A DNA stretch of 64,000 bases, from the NCBI GenBank assembly GCA_036278915.1, contig DASUKB010000004.1:9441-73440 (forward strand). The letters are read 5' to 3'. Below the pieces are notes generated by a model. It worked only from the letters and a program-made list of their open reading frames with translations, searched no databases and was not told where the DNA came from. Made by a program: the position numbers and the translations under genes. This document shows, in pieces, positions 1 to 9,732 of the stretch. How positions within the stretch are numbered: the stretch's first letter is position 1; every line of letters begins with the position of its first letter. Source of the stretch: Patescibacteria group bacterium. Lineage in GTDB: Bacteria > Patescibacteriota > Doudnabacteria > UBA920 > O2-02-FULL-48-8.

Positions 1-43
1 CAAATTCTTCGGTATTCCGAAGTAATTTACTGATAGCTTAAAG

Positions 44-72
44 ATATTAACAGAAATTGTAGAGACTGTCAA
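44..72 (-). promoter_or_regulatory. sigma70 promoter firing out of the window's left edge
   Basis: Minus strand TTGACA (72-67), 17 nt spacer, TAATAT (49-44); downstream hairpin CTTCGG-AATA-CCGAAG. Confidence 0.6.
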
Positions 73-139
73 ACAGTAAAATCGCAAATCCTATGACTTG
101 ACAAATCTGCTACAAATCAGTCTAATATGGGAATAATTT

Positions 140-1807
140 TTACTGAGACAGTTTAGACTCGATGTAAATTTTCCCGTTTAGTTTGGGTGCTTTGTTTACG
201 AAAAAGGGCGAGAACTGCACGTCTACCCGGTCAATTTCGGGTTTCTGCAACAATATATCCTTGACCTCGTTGGCGGTTTTGCCAGCCAGAAGTTTGGGCA
301 TATTTGAAGTATCCACTTTATACGCGGCAACAGTTTCGTAATGCACGGACAAAACGCCGCTGCCGTGGTCCAAATCCAAGGATTTAAAAATTGCGGTAAC
401 CGTTTCCTGTGCGTCTGGCAGGAGGTATTTATCGGACGAAAGCACCTGATTGATGTTTTGCTTAATCAAATTTTTAACATCGCTTTCTTTATAAGATAAA
501 CCAGAGATTTTGGAAATCATAGTCATATCAAAGCTGTCAGCCTGATCGCCCGCGTTTTTGTTGGCAGTCTTGGCCAGAACTTGTTTGGTGATTCCGGTGG
601 GCAGAATTTTTATATCGCCGTCAGATGGATTCTCGGAATTAAGGTCCGCTTCGGCCTGGTCGGGAATCGACGCGGTCATGCTTGCCACGGCATTATCCAA
701 ATCCTGCTGACTCACAATTTTTACAGTTTTGGAGGTACCGCCCGTGATGGCATCCTCATCGATGGCGTAAACATTCTGGTTGCCAAGTGCGGCATTGACC
801 ACGGCAAATTTGGTATTGGCCGCGATATTGTAATCGGCTCCGGCTTGGGATGCGGCCACCTGCACTGGCGGTATCAAACTGGTGCGGTCAACTTCCATAT
901 CATCCCCCGAACCGATCTGCGCCGTAGGGCGCAGGCCAGTGATGTCGTTGACCAAATTAAATTTTTTCCCATTCACAGTCAGCACCGTCGTGGCCGCTCT
1001 CAGAGTCAAGGTATTTTTGGTGAAATTATATAGCACTACCGAACCACCGGCTTTGTCTCCAATATCTTTGCTGCCTGTGGCCGGAAAACTTTTCGTCTGT
1101 GAGACTTGCCTGCTCACAAGTGCTCCTGGAATAACTGCGCCTGTGGTATCCACTGCTGTAGCTGCCGTGTTGACGGTAATTTCCGCGTCGCGGGTGATGG
1201 GTTCGGAACGGGCATAGACTGTAATTTGCGCAGTAGGCAAAAGTACCGCCAAGGCAAAGACCACCAAAACAAGGACGGCCATTGTGATTATAAATATTTT
1301 GGAAAAATTGGATTTTTTGGTTTTGGTCGGCAGCGCCTCTTTGTCTTTTTTGCTTAGAAATCTATCTCGAACGGATTTAATGTAGGACTTCTTGGCGCTT
1401 TTTACCGGTTCGATCTCCGAAGCTTCGGGCACAGTCGCAGGACGTATAGCGCTGGGCATTGATTTAACGCTGGCCTTCCTGGTGATATCGCTAAACCTCG
1501 GCCGAACGTCGCCCAGAACGCGCCCTTTGGCTACGGGCATTTTCTTGGCCGAAGATTCGGGTTTTTCGATCCCTTCCAGCGCTTCAGCTTTCATGGCCAA
1601 TACTCGGCCGGTGGGATCACTGGTGCGGATGCGGATTTTTTTACCCAAAAATTCGCCAGTCTTTTTCATAAGCTTCATATTTGTGGATGATGCCAGAAGC
1701 GGCGAACCTTTTTCTAATTCAAATACAATATCGCGATCCTTGAGGTCGCGGATGTACTGGATGACTTGGGCGATGTCGTCAGTTTTATTTAGTTTAATGA
1801 CGCGCAT
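140..1807 (-). CDS. Baseplate J/gp47-like membrane-anchored protein (CPR type)
   Basis: 555 aa; cytoplasmic N-domain, TM at about aa 170-190, then ATG..KAGGSVVLYN, AGADYNI and ITGG motifs typical of this family. Confidence 0.7.
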   Translation of the reverse strand: MRVIKLNKTDDIAQVIQYIRDLKDRDIVFELEKGSPLLASSTNMKLMKKTGEFLGKKIRIRTSDPTGRVLAMKAEALEGIEKPESSAKKMPVAKGRVLGDVRPRFSDITRKASVKSMPSAIRPATVPEASEIEPVKSAKKSYIKSVRDRFLSKKDKEALPTKTKKSNFSKIFIITMAVLVLVVFALAVLLPTAQITVYARSEPITRDAEITVNTAATAVDTTGAVIPGALVSRQVSQTKSFPATGSKDIGDKAGGSVVLYNFTKNTLTLRAATTVLTVNGKKFNLVNDITGLRPTAQIGSGDDMEVDRTSLIPPVQVAASQAGADYNIAANTKFAVVNAALGNQNVYAIDEDAITGGTSKTVKIVSQQDLDNAVASMTASIPDQAEADLNSENPSDGDIKILPTGITKQVLAKTANKNAGDQADSFDMTMISKISGLSYKESDVKNLIKQNINQVLSSDKYLLPDAQETVTAIFKSLDLDHGSGVLSVHYETVAAYKVDTSNMPKLLAGKTANEVKDILLQKPEIDRVDVQFSPFFVNKAPKLNGKIYIESKLSQ

Positions 1808-1829
1808 GATTTTTGTGCCCTAAACTTGG

Positions 1830-2645
1830 TTACGATGTAATACTAGATAATTCCACGGCGAATTTATGCGGATTGTTTAGAAACTCCAGCCTGCCCGGGT
1901 GGCGGATGCCGGTCTCGTACATTGGCTCGTCCACCAAAAATCCAAGGGACGTATTCATATGGCCTTGCGCAAACCGCATCTCAGGCAAGGATTCGTAGTG
2001 CTTATTTGGAACAATTTCAAACTGCTTGCCATCCGATCCTTCCACGACGTAGTAGCCCATGCCATGCCGGTCAGAAATGGATTTGTAATCCGCAGTATAC
2101 TCCGAAGAAACCCAGTTGGCGGTTACCAGCACATCGGACCCGATGTTTATAATTATATGCGCATAGTTTGGCGGGTACACGACTTTTTCACCACGCGAGG
2201 CTCTGATAGCCATAATCGTGCGGATGTTGCCGCTGTGGCCGTGGTCTAGTTTTTGGATCATAAACAGCGCCTGGCCGTGCAGGACTTCATACACTTCCGG
2301 GAAGTCAATTTCTGTAGCTTCTCCGGGTACTGGAGAATGAAAGTGCCCGACAGTTTTAACAAATTCGCGCCCAATCATACAGGGCGGGATAACCGTAATA
2401 TCGTAGCGGATTTTGTTCTCGCGTATCAGCTCCTCATTTTGCGGCAAATGCACATCGCGGTACATATAATACAGCTCCTCTCGGTCGGGGTTTGGCTTGG
2501 CTTCAGGGTCCATAAGTACCGGCTTCATTTCCTCAAACACGCGCACGGCAGGAACCATGTTTTCCATTGGCGCCTTAAACTTCAGCTTATATGTTTTTTC
2601 ATCCAGTTCCATGGGCAAACCGGAAATTTTCGATAGGTCGATCAT
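1830..2645 (-). CDS. Cupin-type (archaeal) glucose-6-phosphate isomerase
   Basis: LYYMYRD, RYDITV, KTVGHFH, PEVYEVLHG, PPNYAH motifs. Confidence 0.85.
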   Translation of the reverse strand: MIDLSKISGLPMELDEKTYKLKFKAPMENMVPAVRVFEEMKPVLMDPEAKPNPDREELYYMYRDVHLPQNEELIRENKIRYDITVIPPCMIGREFVKTVGHFHSPVPGEATEIDFPEVYEVLHGQALFMIQKLDHGHSGNIRTIMAIRASRGEKVVYPPNYAHIIINIGSDVLVTANWVSSEYTADYKSISDRHGMGYYVVEGSDGKQFEIVPNKHYESLPEMRFAQGHMNTSLGFLVDEPMYETGIRHPGRLEFLNNPHKFAVELSSITS

Positions 2646-2697
2646 ATATTTATAATACTTTCAAAAGATTCTTTTGTCTAATTCAAAAAATAATTTC

Positions 2698-3030
2698 CTA
2701 AAGATACTTTGTAAATTCTTCCTTCAACTTTTTTTCTACGGCATCTTTAAGCTTTAAATCCGAAATATCTTTATGGTGCGGTCCGGGATTGATGACCACT
2801 CTTCCATCTTTAAGCTTGGCGTAAGCGGCTACCAAAATGTCGTCTTCATCTCTTACCATATGGTCATGATACATTGAGCCGTAATACACGCTATAATCCT
2901 TGCTTACGGTTATAGGTATTTGAGAACCATCCAAAACCATACTTTTTATCACGGATTTGCTTAATTCTCCGGTGTTTAAAACAGACAGAGAATTATTGTA
3001 GTCAATTTCTCTTCCTTCAGGATTTTTCAT
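2698..3030 (-). CDS. Hypothetical protein (110 aa)
   Basis: ATG overlaps the alaS stop (ATGA); no recognised motif. Confidence 0.65.
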   Translation of the reverse strand: MKNPEGREIDYNNSLSVLNTGELSKSVIKSMVLDGSQIPITVSKDYSVYYGSMYHDHMVRDEDDILVAAYAKLKDGRVVINPGPHHKDISDLKLKDAVEKKLKEEFTKYL

Positions 3031-4763
3031 TCTATAATCGCCTTTATCCGGCGCACGCCAGCGGAGACGGCCTCTTCTTTTTGGATCTTAAACTGGCCAA
3101 TTTGGCCCGTATGCTCCACATGGGGGCCGCCACAGAACTCACGGGAGATAATCTCCCCCAAACTCTTGTCATATATAGTATACACCGAAACTTCGTCCGG
3201 GTACTTTTCCCCGAACACTCCTATGGCCGAAAGATCGCGTGCTTGCGTAAGCGGCATAGTCTCCCTTTTCACGCTCAAATCCCTTTTTATCCATTCGTTG
3301 ACGAACCGTTCGACTTCGGTTTTCTGCTCTTCGGTCAATTTTTGCCCGTGCGTAAAATCAAACCGCGTGCGCTCTTCGGTAATGTTACTGCCTTTTTGCC
3401 AGACACCCGGGCCCAAAACTTTCCGCAGAGCTGCGTTCAGCAGATGCGTGGCTGTGTGCAGGCGCACGACTTTGTCGGAATGGTCTGCAAGGCCGCCTTT
3501 GAACTGCCCGGCAGATGCGGTGCGGGAAAGTTCCTGGTGTTTTTTAAATTCCTGCTCGAATGCCGCAGGGTCCGAGACATTGGCAAACTCGCGCGTGAGT
3601 TCAAACGGAAATCCATAAGTTTGAAAGAGGTCGAAGGCTTGCGCCCCCGAAATGTCCGGATTTTTTTCCAAAATCTTTAGACCACGGCCGAGCGTAGTGC
3701 GGAATTTCAATTCCTCTTTTTTAAGTTCGATTTCTATTCCTGGATTTTTTAGCTCCGGGTAGGCATGCGAATAATTTTCGATTATAACATTGGCAATTTC
3801 CGTGGTGAAGTCATGTTCGATGCCCAACTTTTGTCCATAAGTTACGCTGCGACGGATAAGCCTGCGCGCAATGTAACCGCGATCTTTATTTGAAGGTACC
3901 ACGCCGTCGGCCAGCAAAAAAGTTGCCGCGCGCATATGGTCGGCTATAATGCGCTCGGATTTTTTGTCCGAAGTTTGCTCCAGCGATTTAATCTTATCAA
4001 TAATCGCCGAAAGGATTTCGGTTTCATAAACGCTGTTTTTATTTTCCAAAATCGCGGCCATGCGTTCCAGCCCCATGCCGGTATCTACGTTGCGCTGCGC
4101 AAGCTCTGTAAATTTGCCATCTGCTTGCTTTTCGTATTGCATGAAGACGTTGTTCCAAATCTCCACCCAATTCGGATCATTATGGGTGTCCTGGAAACTT
4201 GCCGGAGCGTCTTCTGTGCCGGTCCAGTAGAACATTTCGGTATCCGGTCCGCAGGGCCCAGTGACACCCGGCGGTCCCCACCAGTTATCTTTTTTAGGCA
4301 AATACGCAATCTGCCCTGGCTCAAACCCGAGTTTGGTCCAAATTTTTGCCGATTCTTCGTCGCGTGGCGCATCCGCATCTCCGGCAAACACGGACACCGC
4401 GAGTTTTGATTTGTCTAAATTCAGCCAGTCGCTGCTTGTTAAAAATTCATACGACCAGATGATGGACTCCTCTTTCCAATAGTCGCCCAGCGACCAGTTG
4501 CCGAGCATCTCAAAAAAAGTCAGATGCGTGTCGTCCCCGATTTCATCCAAATCATCTGTCCGCAGACACTTCTGGACATTGGTCAGGCGGCGGCCTTCCG
4601 GATGCGATTGCCCCAGTAAATATGGCACCAGCGGATGCATGCCAGCCGTAGTAAAGAGGACTGTCGGGTCATTGGCCGGAACAAGCGATGCCGACGGGAT
4701 AATTTTATGGCTTTTTTCCTGGAAAAACTCCAGGTATTTCTTTCTTAAATCATTGGCAGTCAT
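3027..4763 (-). CDS. alaS: Alanine--tRNA ligase, short form without C-Ala domain
   Basis: TVLFTTAGMHP, FFEMLGNWS, EIWNNVFMQ, DTGMGLER, editing motifs HTATH and CGGPH; start set at ATG 4763. Confidence 0.97.
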   Translation of the reverse strand: MTANDLRKKYLEFFQEKSHKIIPSASLVPANDPTVLFTTAGMHPLVPYLLGQSHPEGRRLTNVQKCLRTDDLDEIGDDTHLTFFEMLGNWSLGDYWKEESIIWSYEFLTSSDWLNLDKSKLAVSVFAGDADAPRDEESAKIWTKLGFEPGQIAYLPKKDNWWGPPGVTGPCGPDTEMFYWTGTEDAPASFQDTHNDPNWVEIWNNVFMQYEKQADGKFTELAQRNVDTGMGLERMAAILENKNSVYETEILSAIIDKIKSLEQTSDKKSERIIADHMRAATFLLADGVVPSNKDRGYIARRLIRRSVTYGQKLGIEHDFTTEIANVIIENYSHAYPELKNPGIEIELKKEELKFRTTLGRGLKILEKNPDISGAQAFDLFQTYGFPFELTREFANVSDPAAFEQEFKKHQELSRTASAGQFKGGLADHSDKVVRLHTATHLLNAALRKVLGPGVWQKGSNITEERTRFDFTHGQKLTEEQKTEVERFVNEWIKRDLSVKRETMPLTQARDLSAIGVFGEKYPDEVSVYTIYDKSLGEIISREFCGGPHVEHTGQIGQFKIQKEEAVSAGVRRIKAIIE

Positions 4764-4790
4764 ATGCCGCATTATAACATTTTAAGCAGT

Positions 4791-4918
4791 AAAAAAGCGA
4801 GAGCACATTTTTGGGACACTCGGCATTTTCATCAAAAAATGACGCGTGAGCAAAAATCCACTTTGAAGTAATTTAAATTGCGGATTTTTGCGTTCCCAAA
4901 AATGTGCTCGATGCTTTT
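4791..4918. repeat. Multi-stem inverted-repeat element, possibly a terminator
   Basis: Perfect 16-bp IR at 4801-4816/4894-4909 enclosing a 10-bp IR at 4850-4859/4882-4891; T-run on the minus strand. Confidence 0.7.
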
Positions 4919-4919
4919 A

Positions 4920-6176
4920 TTATTTGAACTGGGCCAGAGCGGCATCCATCTGAGGATCACGTCCGGCGTTCACGTCGTCTGCGGTGAGATCAACTTTGAT
5001 GTCAGGGTCCAGGCCGATTTTATCGATGGCGCGGCTTTGAGGAGTCAGCCACTTGGCGACGGTAATTTTAAGCTCAGAGTTGTCCTTGAGCGTGGAAAGT
5101 TCCTGGACTGAACCTTTGCCAAAGGTTTTTTCGCCGATCAAAGTTGCAAGCTTGTAATCCTGCAACGCGCCCGACAAAATTTCCGAAGCCGAAGCCGAAC
5201 CGCCGTTGACCAAAACCACTGTCTGAATCCCTTTGAGCTGGTTGACTCCGGATGCCGGGTATTGTTTGATGTTGCCCGCGTAATCTTTTTCTTGGACTAC
5301 AGTTTGGCCGGAATCAACCCAGTTGGAAGCGATAGACACTGCTGTGTCCAAATATCCGCCTGGATTGTTGCGCAAATCCAAAATTATACCGTTATCGCCG
5401 TCTGCCAGAACTTTTTCCACGGCCGCGTCAAACAAACCTTTAGTGTCGTCGCCAAATTGCGAAACGGTTATAATGGCCAACTTATGGTTGTTAACATCTT
5501 TTTCCGTGACATTTACGCTTTTAACATTGATCTGGGCGCGCGTGATTTTTATGTCCTGCGCGCTTTTTTGCCCGACGTGGAGGATGCTGAGCGTAACTTG
5601 GGTATTGGCAGTGCCGCGAATTTTGCTTACCGCTTCATCCACTGTCATGCCGGAAGTTGATTCGCCGTTGATGGCCAGAATCGCGTCGCCTGCCTGCAGC
5701 CCGGCTTTTTGCGCTGGCGTGTCGTCCAGCGGCGCAATTATTACCAACTGATTATTCTTTTCGCCAACTTCGGCGCCTATGCCCTCGAACGTGCCGGAAA
5801 GCTGATCTGCAAAGTCTTTGGCTTGTTGCGGGTCAAAATATACTGTGTAAGGATCCCCGGCTGCGGAAACCAAGCCGGAAATAGCGCCGTAGAGCAGTTT
5901 TTGCTGGTCCAGTGGCCTATCCACGTACTTGGAATTGAGCTGGTCAAGCGCGTCCCAAAGCAGGCTGTAGTCAGCCGTGCCCGATGGCGGCGGCGTGCCT
6001 TTGCTAATGTGCAGTTGGCCGTTGATTTTGAGTTTCTGCGCGCCAAAGGCGAATCCTGCGTAAAAAATCAGGCCAAGAATAATCAGGCCGGCGGCGATTT
6101 TACGCGCGCTGGCCGGAATTTTATCGGAGAATTTCTTATTCGGAGTATTTGTGTCTGAAACTTCTGGAGTATCCAT
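4920..6176 (-). CDS. ctpA: S41 carboxy-terminal processing protease with PDZ domain
   Basis: DPYT, FEGIG, DLRNNPGG, SASASE, TFGKGSVQ; N-terminal TM. Confidence 0.93.
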   Translation of the reverse strand: MDTPEVSDTNTPNKKFSDKIPASARKIAAGLIILGLIFYAGFAFGAQKLKINGQLHISKGTPPPSGTADYSLLWDALDQLNSKYVDRPLDQQKLLYGAISGLVSAAGDPYTVYFDPQQAKDFADQLSGTFEGIGAEVGEKNNQLVIIAPLDDTPAQKAGLQAGDAILAINGESTSGMTVDEAVSKIRGTANTQVTLSILHVGQKSAQDIKITRAQINVKSVNVTEKDVNNHKLAIITVSQFGDDTKGLFDAAVEKVLADGDNGIILDLRNNPGGYLDTAVSIASNWVDSGQTVVQEKDYAGNIKQYPASGVNQLKGIQTVVLVNGGSASASEILSGALQDYKLATLIGEKTFGKGSVQELSTLKDNSELKITVAKWLTPQSRAIDKIGLDPDIKVDLTADDVNAGRDPQMDAALAQFK

Positions 6177-6202
6177 GGACTTAATATTAACACAAAATAA
6201 TG

Positions 6203-7057
6203 CTAGTGCACAGATTTGCTCGCGCGGAACCAGTTGGCCACAATCACCAGATATTTGCGCAGTGTAATTCCCAAATACACAAATTGGTTAAACAAAAAAT
6301 TATGTTGGCTCGCGTAGTGCTTGCGATAAAAAATCGACATCGCATCGTGCGCCCACTCCACTGATCGAAATTTTATGCCCTTAGACGAACCGTAAAGGTA
6401 GTGCGTAATTTCGGCTTTGGGAAAATATACGACTTTGTACCCGGCTTCCTTTGCCCGCCAGCAAAAATCCAAATCTTCGCCATACATAAAAAATGATTCA
6501 TCCAGCAAACCGATCTTATCTATAACAGGTTTCCTGACCATGAGAAACGCACCGACTACGGAGTCCACTTCCATCTCCTGATCCACAGAAACATTGCGGT
6601 AGTTGTAATCGGAATATTGGCGAAAACCAAAAAGCCGCAAGAAAGCGTTTGCCGGATTTGGAAAACGCCGGCGGCTTGCCTCGTGCAGGCGGCCATCGGG
6701 CAGAAGCACTTTGCAGCCCAGAATTCCCACATCCAGGTGCTGTTCCAAATATCTTAGGCAGAGATCAAACGTGTCCGGCCGCACAGTGGTGTCGGAATTC
6801 AAAAGCAGGACGTACCTGCCCAAGGCCTGCCGGATGGCGACATTGTTGCCCTTGGAAAATCCCAAATTGGCGCGATTTTCAAGTAATTTAACCTGCGGAA
6901 ATTTTGTCCAAACCATTTCCAAACTGCCATCCGTGGAACCGTTGTCGGAGACTATCGCTTCAAATTGAAAACTACCCGCGGATGCAAAAACTGACCGGAG
7001 ACACTGCTCCAGCAAATCCTTAGTATTGTAATTGACTATGATAACCGATAAATCCAT
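6203..7057 (-). CDS. Glycosyltransferase family 2 (rhamnosyltransferase-like)
   Basis: SVIIVNYN, DNGSTDGS, LLNSD, FFMYGEDLD. Confidence 0.92.
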   Translation of the reverse strand: MDLSVIIVNYNTKDLLEQCLRSVFASAGSFQFEAIVSDNGSTDGSLEMVWTKFPQVKLLENRANLGFSKGNNVAIRQALGRYVLLLNSDTTVRPDTFDLCLRYLEQHLDVGILGCKVLLPDGRLHEASRRRFPNPANAFLRLFGFRQYSDYNYRNVSVDQEMEVDSVVGAFLMVRKPVIDKIGLLDESFFMYGEDLDFCWRAKEAGYKVVYFPKAEITHYLYGSSKGIKFRSVEWAHDAMSIFYRKHYASQHNFLFNQFVYLGITLRKYLVIVANWFRASKSVH

Positions 7058-7111
7058 AGGTCTTGCTTAAAGTATACCAAAATGCTAATATATGCGAGCT
7101 AAAGGAGGAGC

Positions 7112-7303
7112 ATGACTGAAAAAAACGAGATTGCGAAGAATTTCCCAGGGCCGGTGGCAATGCCGACAATGGGGCTCTACAACCCGCACACGGAACCCAT
7201 GCCCCGGCCGCTCCCCTTGCCGCAGGGGCACCGCTACCGACATGTGGCCACGAGCGAACTGGAGATCATGAGCCAGAGATTTCTCCAAAGTGGCAGAATC
7301 TGA
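7112..7303 (+). CDS. Small proline-rich protein (63 aa)
   Basis: AAAGGAGG RBS, TTGCTT-17-TAATAT promoter upstream, own terminator downstream. Confidence 0.6.
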   Translation: MTEKNEIAKNFPGPVAMPTMGLYNPHTEPMPRPLPLPQGHRYRHVATSELEIMSQRFLQSGRI

Positions 7304-7318
7304 ACATCTAAGCCGCGC

Positions 7319-7357
7319 CGCCGCGGACTTCCTTCGGGAGGTCTGCGGCGTTTTTTT
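7319..7357 (+). terminator. Rho-independent terminator with C(UUCG)G loop
   Basis: CGCCGCGGACTTCC-TTCG-GGAGGTCTGCGGCG followed by T7. Confidence 0.85.
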
Positions 7358-8309
7358 ATTCCGATAATATATATTTACGCTTGCGCATCATTTTGGGCCA
7401 AAACCGCAGTATCTGCGGAATTACTGCCAATGTACTGGTTTCAAAAACCAAAATATATCCAAGCATTGCAATCTCGCGAAATATAAACTGTACGCTCGGC
7501 CATCTGGTATTTTTGAGGTACATAAAAATGTGGTTTTGATAATTCCATTTGAGAATCTGCTTATTGAGTTTCTGGTGATGCTGGATAAATTTAAACAGGT
7601 GCAGATAACCTTTTTCTGCCTGGCCCGCGGTGCGGCCATGATACCCCACGGCACCCGGCACATAAGCGCATTTATATCCGCAATGGTTTAATCGCCAGCT
7701 TAAATCAACATCTTCCCAATACATCACAAAGTCTTCATCCATGTACTCGCACTTATAATTTTCACAATATTTAATTTCCTCCAAGGCAGATCTTCGAAAC
7801 ATTGGCCCGGCACCAGAAACAGCAAAGACTTCAGTCTCGTTATCAAATTGGCCCTGATCTTCCTGCAATTGCCCGCGGTCGCGCGCGCGGCCGGAATTCG
7901 AAATCACAATTCCAGTTGTATCTATAATGTTGGTCTTCTGCATTTTGTCAAAATCATAGCGCAAGAGCTTGCCGGTTGCCGCGGCTACTCTTTTGTCTTC
8001 AAACGCCTTCAACATTTGTTCTATGTAATCCGGCGCAAGGATAAGGTCCTGGTTCACAAGCTGGATAAACTCACCCGTACTTTGCATAATCGCCAAATTG
8101 TTTGACGCCGACCAATTATTTACTGGCGGTTCCAAAATTTTCACCTGCGGATAACTTTGCTCAATCAGTTCTTTGGATCCGTCTGCACTGCCATTTATGA
8201 CTGCGATGATTTCCAAATCTTTGTGCGTCTGCGACAAAATTGCATCAAACACCCGCTTGATGTACTTTTTGGCATTGTAAATTACCAGAATGACGCTGAC
8301 TTTTGGCAT
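7356..8309 (-). CDS. Glycosyltransferase family 2
   Basis: LVNQD, VSGAGPMFRR, MYWEDVDLSWR. Confidence 0.9.
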   Translation of the reverse strand: MPKVSVILVIYNAKKYIKRVFDAILSQTHKDLEIIAVINGSADGSKELIEQSYPQVKILEPPVNNWSASNNLAIMQSTGEFIQLVNQDLILAPDYIEQMLKAFEDKRVAAATGKLLRYDFDKMQKTNIIDTTGIVISNSGRARDRGQLQEDQGQFDNETEVFAVSGAGPMFRRSALEEIKYCENYKCEYMDEDFVMYWEDVDLSWRLNHCGYKCAYVPGAVGYHGRTAGQAEKGYLHLFKFIQHHQKLNKQILKWNYQNHIFMYLKNTRWPSVQFIFREIAMLGYILVFETSTLAVIPQILRFWPKMMRKRKYILSE

Positions 8310-8319
8310 AACTATAACT

Positions 8320-8406
8320 TTAATTCTTTTCGCAATCTCTTCGCCTCTTCTTTTCTTCCCGAACCCGCTCGCCTTCTTTAATCAAATCTTCTAAGTTTTC
8401 TGACAT
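8320..8406 (-). CDS. Possible 28-aa charged peptide MSENLEDLIKEGERVREEKKRRRDCEKN
   Basis: Hand-translated ORF filling the gap between wzy and GT2, in operon orientation. Confidence 0.3.
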   Translation of the reverse strand: MSENLEDLIKEGERVREEKKRRRDCEKN

Positions 8407-8455
8407 AATTTTTATATAAGTAATTACGTAATTACCTCCTTACATTAGTACATAC

Positions 8456-9730
8456 TTATGTACGTTGTTTAGTACTTACATATATATGCGTCAACAGCAA
8501 AAACGCCAGGTCCAAATAAAATTCGGCGCGGACTGTGAAGGACAAATAAATTGTCATGACGATGAAAAAACAAGTATAAGCGTAGAGATTGATGGACAAA
8601 TAATTCGGGCTCGATCGCCAATACCGCCAGGCCAGCGCAATGAGTCCTGCAATGACAAATGGTGCGAAGAAGAAAGCTGCTTCCCCAAAGTCCTGCACAA
8701 ACGGAAACAGATAAGTGCCCGTGTTCCACCACGAGTAGAAAATTGCGCCCAGATCATATTGTGACTTTAACTTATTTAAGATGGGTAGGGCTTTGCCAAA
8801 CAAATTTGTAAACGGGTCCAAGGATACTTTGCCGTGCTGCAGTGGATGGGTCTCGTAGTACATTTGCGCGTGCAAGAGCGCCTGCATATTAAATGACACG
8901 CCTACGTAGATAGGCACCAAATACGATGATCCCTTGGCGTAGTGAGTGGTGTCTATTTGCGTGACCCCAGCAAGGTAATTGCTCGTGCCGTAGCTTTTGT
9001 AATTGCGGACCGCAGGCACAGCGCCCAGCACCACCACGGAAATTATCAAAAAGAACGGATAAAACTTGAATGCCTGACGCCAAGTTGGTTTGCGGATAAC
9101 CAAATACAGCGCCATGACCCAAAGGTCAATGAAAAAGATCTGGGTCCGCGAGGCAAATACAGTCAGCGACACTGTGCCGAGTACGGATAGCAGCAAAAGG
9201 TCCCAATGTTTCTTAAAAGAAAACCCTTCCCAAAACATTACAAAAAATGACAACGGGATAAACAATCTTGCAAACTGGGCAGTGTAATTAATAAGGCCAG
9301 GAACTTCGGTGTCGGCGGCAAACCGAAACGCGTCGGAATCGGGCGCAAGTAGCGGGAAATTACCAGCCTTTTTATAAAACAAATATAAACCGACGAGGGA
9401 AAGGCCAAAAACCAGGTAAATTACGTAGCGCAAACGCCGCACCGAAACTCCCTGACGCACAAGAACGGAAAATTTTACCCACCACGGATACTTTTTCCAA
9501 AGTTTATTAAACAGAAAAAAACCTAAAGCAAAACTTATGAGCGAAATCAGAATTAGAAGACGAAACTTAAGAGGCAGTGCAATTTCCAGAGGCGATAAAT
9601 GCAGACGCGGGATGCCAATCCCAAGGCTCCACGCAGAAAGCATAAGCCAAAGCGGGTTGTGTGTGCGGCTGCGGGCAAAAAGATAAAAAAAGTAAACCGC
9701 AAGTATGAGGAATGCAAAAAATAACAGCAT
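8456..9730 (-). CDS. wzy: Oligosaccharide repeat-unit polymerase
   Basis: About 11 TMs, SRT motif, NTGT..PFVQDFG; lies among GTs and a flippase. Confidence 0.75.
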   Translation of the reverse strand: MLLFFAFLILAVYFFYLFARSRTHNPLWLMLSAWSLGIGIPRLHLSPLEIALPLKFRLLILISLISFALGFFLFNKLWKKYPWWVKFSVLVRQGVSVRRLRYVIYLVFGLSLVGLYLFYKKAGNFPLLAPDSDAFRFAADTEVPGLINYTAQFARLFIPLSFFVMFWEGFSFKKHWDLLLLSVLGTVSLTVFASRTQIFFIDLWVMALYLVIRKPTWRQAFKFYPFFLIISVVVLGAVPAVRNYKSYGTSNYLAGVTQIDTTHYAKGSSYLVPIYVGVSFNMQALLHAQMYYETHPLQHGKVSLDPFTNLFGKALPILNKLKSQYDLGAIFYSWWNTGTYLFPFVQDFGEAAFFFAPFVIAGLIALAWRYWRSSPNYLSINLYAYTCFFIVMTIYLSFTVRAEFYLDLAFLLLTHIYVSTKQRT

Positions 9731-9732
9731 AA

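Noticed and set aside
140-1807. Prophage suggested by the baseplate-J-like gene
   Set aside because: No capsid, terminase, tail or integrase genes; the neighbours are housekeeping genes
4791-4918. T-box riboswitch for alaS
   Set aside because: No T-box consensus, and the alaS -10 lies downstream of the structure, implying a leaderless transcript
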